Assembly (NCBI RefSeq): GCF_900167395.1
Contig: NZ_FUWK01000053.1
Location: 1-14,104, forward strand
Direction: 5' to 3'
Length of the DNA: 14,104 nucleotides
Source of the DNA: Nitrosomonas europaea
GTDB taxonomy: Bacteria > Pseudomonadota > Gammaproteobacteria > Burkholderiales > Nitrosomonadaceae
Shown: piece by piece, positions 9,222-14,104 of the stretch
Layout: each line of letters starts with the position of its first letter
How positions within the stretch are numbered: position 1 is the stretch's first letter
Notes under the pieces: generated by a model
Told to the model about the DNA's origin: nothing
What the model saw: the letters and a program-made list of their open reading frames with translations, nothing else
The model's database searches: none
Made by a program: the position numbers and the translations under genes

Positions 9222-9367
9222 TACGTTCTTGATCCGATACATGATGTTTTGCCGGCTATGTACGGCAACCTCGTCCTGATGGGGTTTCATATTAAATTCC
9301 TCAAGGCTGAGATTCAGAATTTCCTTGATCCATTTCAGGTTTATACGTTGATTCACAGGAGTGACAC

Positions 9368-12300
9368 GTGAAAGCACTGCTTGATTTATTCAAACAAGTT
9401 ACACAAAAAGAAGAATTTGATTCCATAAAAATAGGTTTGGCTTCTCCTGAAAAAATTCGTTCATGGTCATACGGGGAAGTGAAAAAGCCTGAAACAATCA
9501 ATTACCGGACCTTCAAACCCGAGAGAGATGGTTTATTTTGTGCCAAAATTTTTGGTCCGGTCAAAGATTATGAATGTTTATGCGGTAAGTATAAACGGCT
9601 CAAGCACCGGGGCGTGATATGTGAGAAATGTGGTGTGGAGGTTACTTTATCCAGAATCAGACGTGAGCGGATGGGGCATATTGAATTGGCTTCACCCGTT
9701 GCTCATATATGGTTTTTGAAATCATTGCCTTCGCGTCTAGGTCTCGTTCTGGATATGACGTTACGAGATATCGAACGAGTTCTGTATTTTGAAGCTTATG
9801 TCGTTACCGATCCCGGCATGACTCCGCTGAATCGTGGTCAACTTCTGACAGAAGACGACTACCTGAATAAAACAGAAGAATTTGGGGATGATTTCAGTGC
9901 TGTGATGGGCGCAGAAGGTATCCGTACCCTGCTAAGCAACATGGATATTCCATTGGAAATTGAATCCTTACGTTTGGAAATCCAGACGACTGGTTCAGAA
10001 ACCAAAATCAAGAAAGCCGCCAAGCGGCTCAAGGTGCTCGAAGCATTCAATAAATCCGGTATGAAGCCGGAATGGATGATACTGACGGTATTGCCTGTGC
10101 TTCCGCCTGAGCTGAGACCATTGGTTCCATTGGATGGAGGTCGTTTTGCAACCTCTGATCTCAATGATTTGTACAGGCGTGTTATCAACCGCAATAATCG
10201 TTTGAAGCGGTTGCTGGAACTGCGGGCACCGGAAATTATCATTCGTAACGAAAAACGTATGTTGCAGGAATCGGTGGATTCGTTGCTTGATAACGGCCGC
10301 CGAGGAAAAGCAATGACCGGGGCCAATAAGCGGCCCTTGAAATCACTTGCAGATATGATCAAGGGTAAGGGTGGTCGTTTTCGCCAGAACCTGCTGGGTA
10401 AGCGAGTAGACTATTCCGGCCGATCCGTAATCGTGGTGGGTCCGCAACTCAAGCTTCATCAGTGCGGTTTACCGAAAAAAATGGCACTGGAGTTATTCAA
10501 ACCATTTATTTTCAATAAATTGGAAACGATGGGGGTTGCAAGTACGATCAAAGCTGCCAAGAGGGAAGTTGAGAACGAAAGTCCAATCGTATGGGATATC
10601 CTGGAGGAAGTTATCCGTGAACATCCTGTAATGCTTAATCGTGCCCCTACCTTACATCGACTCGGTATTCAAGCGTTTGAGCCTATCCTGGTCGAAGGAA
10701 AGGCGATCCAGTTACATCCGCTCGTATGTGCTGCTTTCAATGCCGACTTTGACGGTGATCAGATGGCTGTACACGTTCCTTTGTCGCTCGAAGCTCAGAT
10801 GGAATGCCGTACGCTGATGTTATCGACCAATAACGTCCTTTCACCAGCTAATGGTGATCCAATCATTGTTCCTTCTCAGGATATTGTGCTGGGTCTTTAT
10901 TACATGACCCGCAAGAAGATAGGTGCTCAGGGAGAGGGAATGGTTTTCTCGGATATTTCGGAAGTTGTGCGTGCTTACGAAAATAAGGTTGTGGAGCTGA
11001 ATGCCGGAATTATCGTCAGAATCAAGGAAAGAAAAAAATCTCGTTCACATGGCGAAGAGCCTGTTGAAGCAATAACACGTTATGAAACCACCGTTGGTCG
11101 AGCACTTATTTCTGAAATTTTGCCAGCAGGACTTCCTTTTTCCATAATCAACAAGGTACTCAAGAAAAAGGAAATTTCGAAGCTTATCAATGCGAGTTTC
11201 CGTTTATGTGGTTTACGGGAAACCGTTATATTTGCTGATAAGCTTATGTACTCTGGTTTTTCCTATGCTACTCGTGGTGGTATTTCCATCTGTTTGGATG
11301 ATCTTGTTACCCCATCGCAAAAAAATGACATTATCCATGCTGCTGAGCAGGAAGTGCATGAAATTGCAAATCAGTATATATCCGGTCTGGTGACACAAGG
11401 AGAGCGTTACAACAAGGTTGTAGATATATGGGGTCGAGCCGGTGATCAGGTAGCTAAGGCGATGATGGATCAGCTGAGTGTCGAGCCGGTTACAGATCGT
11501 GAAACCGGACAGGTCAGAGCCGATAAGAATGGTCAGGTTGTTACTCAGGAATCATTCAACTCAATTTACATGATGGCGGATTCGGGTGCTCGAGGATCTG
11601 CTGCACAAATTCGTCAGCTTTCCGGTATGCGTGGTCTTATGGCGAAGCCCGATGGTTCTATCATTGAAACACCGATTACAGCCAATTTCCGTGAAGGCCT
11701 CAACATTCTTCAATATTTTATTTCGACACATGGTGCAAGGAAGGGATTGGCCGATACAGCGCTCAAGACTGCAAATTCAGGGTACCTCACTCGTCGTCTG
11801 GTTGATGTGACTCAGGATCTAGTTATCACAGAAGATGATTGTGATACAGATGGTGGCGTAATAATGAAGGCGCTGGTGGAAGGTGGTGATGTCATTGAGT
11901 CTTTACGAGAGCGTATATTGGGTCGTGTGGCTGCGACAGATATTGTGAATCCGGAAACTGGTGCAGTCATTTATGCGGCGGGTATGTTGCTGGATGAAGA
12001 TGCGGTTGACGAGATCGAAACTTGTGGTATCGATGAAGTAAAAGTAAGGACACCACTCACTTGTGAAACCCGATATGGGTTGTGTGCAAAATGCTATGGG
12101 CGCGATCTGGGTCGAGGAATGCTCGTCAATGTTGGAGAGGCAGTAGGAGTAATCGCTGCTCAATCGATTGGTGAGCCGGGTACACAGTTGACCATGCGGA
12201 CCTTCCATATTGGTGGTGCGGCTTCAAGAACAGTTGTGGCTAATCAGGTTGAAAGTAAATCCAACGGGGTTATTCGTTACTCTCATCATATTCGTTATGT

Positions 12301-13582
12301 GAAAAATGCCCAGAATGAGCTGATAGTCATTTCACGCAGTGGTGAAGTTTATATTCAGGATGAAAATGGTCGTGAACGTGAGCGGCATAAAATTCCTTAT
12401 GGTGCAACATTACTTGTTCAGGATGGTGAAGTAATCAAGGCAGGACAGATTCTGGCATCATGGGAACCACACAAACGTCCGATCATAGCGGAATATGCGG
12501 GTAAGGTACGTTTTGAGAATGTTGAAGAAGGTGTAACAGTCGTCAGGCAAATCGATGAAATAACCGGCCTGGCAACTCTGGTGGTTATCGACCCCAAACG
12601 GCGCAATGTTGCGCAATCTAAGGGATTACGGCCACTTGTCAAATTCCTGGATGAGAATGACAATGAAATCAATATCCCTGGAAGTGACCAGCCTGTCAGT
12701 ATTACATTCCACGTCGGATCGATTATTACGGTACGGGACGGACAGCAGGTGAACATCGGTGAGGTTCTGGCGCGTATTCCTCAAGAGACATCCAAAACTC
12801 GTGACATTACGGGTGGTTTACCCCGTGTGGCTGAACTGTTTGAAGCCAGAGTGCCGAAAGATGTGGGTTTTCTGGCAGAAGCCACCGGTACAGTTGCTTT
12901 CGGGAAGGATACCAAAGGAAAGCAACGACTGGTCATTACTGATCTCGACGGGGTTGCGCATGAATATCTTATTCCCAAGGATAAGCATGTGACAGCACAT
13001 GATGGACAAGTCGTAAATAAAGGAGAAGTGATCGTTGATGGGCCGATCGATCCCCACGATATATTGCGGTTGCAAGGTGTCGAGGCATTAGCCCGGTATA
13101 TCAGTAACGAAGTACAGGATGTTTACCGCTTACAGGGGGTGCGTATCAATGATAAGCATATCGAGGTGATTGTTCGTCAGATGCTGCGCCGAGTTCAGAT
13201 AATGAATGCGGGTGACTCAAGTTTCATTCCGGGCGAGCAAGTCGAGCGGGCAGAAGTACTTACTGAGAACGAGAAGCTCATCGCCGAAAACAAGATGCCT
13301 GCCACCTATGAATATGTACTACTAGGTATAACCAAGGCATCGCTTTCTACAGATTCATTTATTTCTGCGGCTTCCTTCCAGGAAACAACCCGGGTTCTGA
13401 CCGAAGCATCCATCATGGGTAAGAAGGATGATTTACGTGGTTTGAAAGAAAATGTGATTGTGGGTAGATTAATACCGGCAGGAACCGGGCTGTCTTTTCA
13501 CAATATCCGGAAAAAACAGAGATTATCGGAGAGCGCTGCTTACCTGGATACTGATTTAACGGAGAATGAAGTGACGGAATGA
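9368..13582 (+). CDS. rpoC: DNA-directed RNA polymerase subunit beta' (1404 aa, GTG start)
   Basis: Collinear over its full length with E. coli RpoC: the zinc-binding [23 protein letters not shown], the catalytic [14 protein letters not shown], the trigger-loop/bridge region [26 protein letters not shown], and [27 protein letters not shown] at 9356-9361. E. coli rpoC also starts with GTG. Confidence 0.99.
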   Translation: MKALLDLFKQVTQKEEFDSIKIGLASPEKIRSWSYGEVKKPETINYRTFKPERDGLFCAKIFGPVKDYECLCGKYKRLKHRGVICEKCGVEVTLSRIRRERMGHIELASPVAHIWFLKSLPSRLGLVLDMTLRDIERVLYFEAYVVTDPGMTPLNRGQLLTEDDYLNKTEEFGDDFSAVMGAEGIRTLLSNMDIPLEIESLRLEIQTTGSETKIKKAAKRLKVLEAFNKSGMKPEWMILTVLPVLPPELRPLVPLDGGRFATSDLNDLYRRVINRNNRLKRLLELRAPEIIIRNEKRMLQESVDSLLDNGRRGKAMTGANKRPLKSLADMIKGKGGRFRQNLLGKRVDYSGRSVIVVGPQLKLHQCGLPKKMALELFKPFIFNKLETMGVASTIKAAKREVENESPIVWDILEEVIREHPVMLNRAPTLHRLGIQAFEPILVEGKAIQLHPLVCAAFNADFDGDQMAVHVPLSLEAQMECRTLMLSTNNVLSPANGDPIIVPSQDIVLGLYYMTRKKIGAQGEGMVFSDISEVVRAYENKVVELNAGIIVRIKERKKSRSHGEEPVEAITRYETTVGRALISEILPAGLPFSIINKVLKKKEISKLINASFRLCGLRETVIFADKLMYSGFSYATRGGISICLDDLVTPSQKNDIIHAAEQEVHEIANQYISGLVTQGERYNKVVDIWGRAGDQVAKAMMDQLSVEPVTDRETGQVRADKNGQVVTQESFNSIYMMADSGARGSAAQIRQLSGMRGLMAKPDGSIIETPITANFREGLNILQYFISTHGARKGLADTALKTANSGYLTRRLVDVTQDLVITEDDCDTDGGVIMKALVEGGDVIESLRERILGRVAATDIVNPETGAVIYAAGMLLDEDAVDEIETCGIDEVKVRTPLTCETRYGLCAKCYGRDLGRGMLVNVGEAVGVIAAQSIGEPGTQLTMRTFHIGGAASRTVVANQVESKSNGVIRYSHHIRYVKNAQNELIVISRSGEVYIQDENGRERERHKIPYGATLLVQDGEVIKAGQILASWEPHKRPIIAEYAGKVRFENVEEGVTVVRQIDEITGLATLVVIDPKRRNVAQSKGLRPLVKFLDENDNEINIPGSDQPVSITFHVGSIITVRDGQQVNIGEVLARIPQETSKTRDITGGLPRVAELFEARVPKDVGFLAEATGTVAFGKDTKGKQRLVITDLDGVAHEYLIPKDKHVTAHDGQVVNKGEVIVDGPIDPHDILRLQGVEALARYISNEVQDVYRLQGVRINDKHIEVIVRQMLRRVQIMNAGDSSFIPGEQVERAEVLTENEKLIAENKMPATYEYVLLGITKASLSTDSFISAASFQETTRVLTEASIMGKKDDLRGLKENVIVGRLIPAGTGLSFHNIRKKQRLSESAAYLDTDLTENEVTE

Positions 13583-13644
13583 TGGAATAGTTTCTGAACG
13601 GATTCATTGGGGGGCGTGATTGGTTTTCCAGCATTGTTAAAATC

Positions 13645-13673
13645 TTGACTTAGCCCTGCTGAGGAAGTAGTCT
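13645..13673 (+). promoter_or_regulatory. Candidate sigma70 promoter upstream of hao: TTGACT - 17 nt - TAGTCT
   Basis: The -35 TTGACT (13645-13650) matches at 5/6, with an optimal 17-nt spacer. The -10 TAGTCT (13668-13673) keeps only T1, A2 and T6. This rests on hexamer matching only. If used, it gives a ~115-nt 5' UTR that contains the hairpin at 13710-13753. Confidence 0.25.
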
Positions 13674-13709
13674 TGAGAAGATGAGTAGTAAGTGATTAGG
13701 AGTAGATAA

Positions 13710-13753
13710 AGCTGGTTACCTGAGAGGGATCGGGTAACCGGTTATTGTTTTGT
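13710..13753 (+). terminator. Stem-loop plus T-rich tail between rpoC and hao (candidate rpoBC operon terminator, or hao 5'-UTR attenuator)
   Basis: CTGGTTACC (13712-13720) pairs with GGTAACCGG (13733-13741): 9 bp including one G-U, extendable by 2 weaker pairs, with a 12-nt loop. TTATTGTTTTGT follows immediately. It lies 128 nt after the rpoC stop and 44 nt before the hao ATG. Confidence 0.5.
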
Positions 13754-13796
13754 ATCTGGTAAAAGCCGACGAACAGGTAGATTACGGAGGAGAGAG

Positions 13797-14104
13797 ATGA
13801 GAATAGGGGAGTGGATGAGGGGTTTATTGCTCTGTGCGGGGTTGATGATGTGCGGGGTGGTTCATGCGGACATATCGACGGTACCGGACGAGACGTATGA
13901 TGCGTTGAAGCTGGATCGAGGTAAGGCGACCCCGAAAGAGACGTATGAAGCGCTGGTCAAGCGTTACAAGGACCCGGCGCATGGAGCGGGGAAAGGGACG
14001 ATGGGAGATTACTGGGAGCCGATAGCGATCAGTATATATATGGATCCCAATACTTTTTACAAACCACCGGTATCTCCCAAAGAAGTTGCGGAACGCAAAG
14101 ACTG
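13797..14104 (+). CDS. hao: Hydroxylamine oxidoreductase (octaheme HAO) precursor, N-terminal 102 codons only. The ORF is open at the window end and absent from the supplied ORF track.
   Basis: My translation: [24 protein letters not shown] / [78 protein letters not shown], then tg-. There are no stops to the window end. A strong SD GGAGG (13786-13790) sits 6 nt before the ATG. The N-terminus is a Sec-type signal peptide ending VHA. The sequence matches my recollection of the Nitrosomonas europaea HAO precursor, whose mature protein starts [13 protein letters not shown] and continues after ...AERKD with the first heme motif CVECH. The final 'tg' of the window fits that Cys codon. An alternative start is ATG-13815 (MRGLLL...). 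Confidence 0.85.

Noticed and set aside
9156-9377. A minus-strand ORF spanning the whole rpoB-rpoC spacer. An internal ATG at 9290 has a good SD (GAGGA, 7-nt spacing) and would give a 44-aa peptide [44 protein letters not shown] (9156-9290).
   Set aside because: Half of it overlaps the rpoB 3' end and it is antisense to a very highly transcribed operon. The peptide has no TM segment, signal or recognisable motif, and there is no promoter evidence. It is worth a glance only if antisense transcription or Ribo-seq signal is ever seen here.
467-12756. Numerous minus-strand ORFs of 60-179 aa inside the annotated genes. Examples: 467-751, 1827-2366 (179 aa opposite nusG), 2908-3324, 3834-4139, 4416-4808 (Ala-rich, opposite rplL), 7650-8081, 9859-10362, 11903-12208, 12418-12756.
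   Set aside because: Each lies entirely or mostly antisense to a CDS with unambiguous homology. Their translations are low-complexity or mirror the codon composition of the sense gene: the Ala/Ser-rich one opposite the rplL hinge, the Phe/Asn/Leu-rich one opposite AT-rich nusG. None has a recognisable domain or a convincing SD. They are shadow ORFs.
1-14104. A whole-window search by eye for CRISPR repeats, IS/transposase or integrase genes, toxin-antitoxin pairs, restriction/defence genes, long tandem repeats, or any unexplained multi-gene cassette.
   Set aside because: None was found. About 90% of the window is occupied by universally conserved translation and transcription genes, and the remaining spacers are explained by leaders and terminators. 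I therefore do not claim any previously undescribed system here.

Overview
This window is the conserved bacterial tuf / tRNA-Trp / secE / nusG / rplK / rplA / rplJ / rplL / rpoB / rpoC housekeeping block. All genes lie on the + strand. The last 308 nt hold the 5' end of a gene that runs off the window and is missing from the supplied ORF track. I read it as the precursor of hydroxylamine oxidoreductase (HAO), the octaheme enzyme of ammonia-oxidising Nitrosomonas. That gene, the betaproteobacterial look of RpoB/RpoC and the tuf-tRNA-Trp-secE order suggest a Nitrosomonas europaea-lineage genome. This is inference from memory of protein sequences, not a database hit. I saw no mobile element, CRISPR array, defence island or unexplained multi-gene cassette, and every long minus-strand ORF is a shadow of a + strand gene. 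I therefore do not claim a novel system. The points worth a second look are: (1) hao sits directly behind rpoC, with an odd promoter / repeat / hairpin architecture in the 214-nt spacer. (2) hao and the first ~130 nt of tuf share an NNG-rich codon style that the genes between them lack. (3) The rplK and rplJ leaders and the rplL-rpoB and rpoB-rpoC spacers are structured. (4) Four of the eight complete CDSs use non-ATG starts (TTG for rplK and rplJ, GTG for secE and rpoC).
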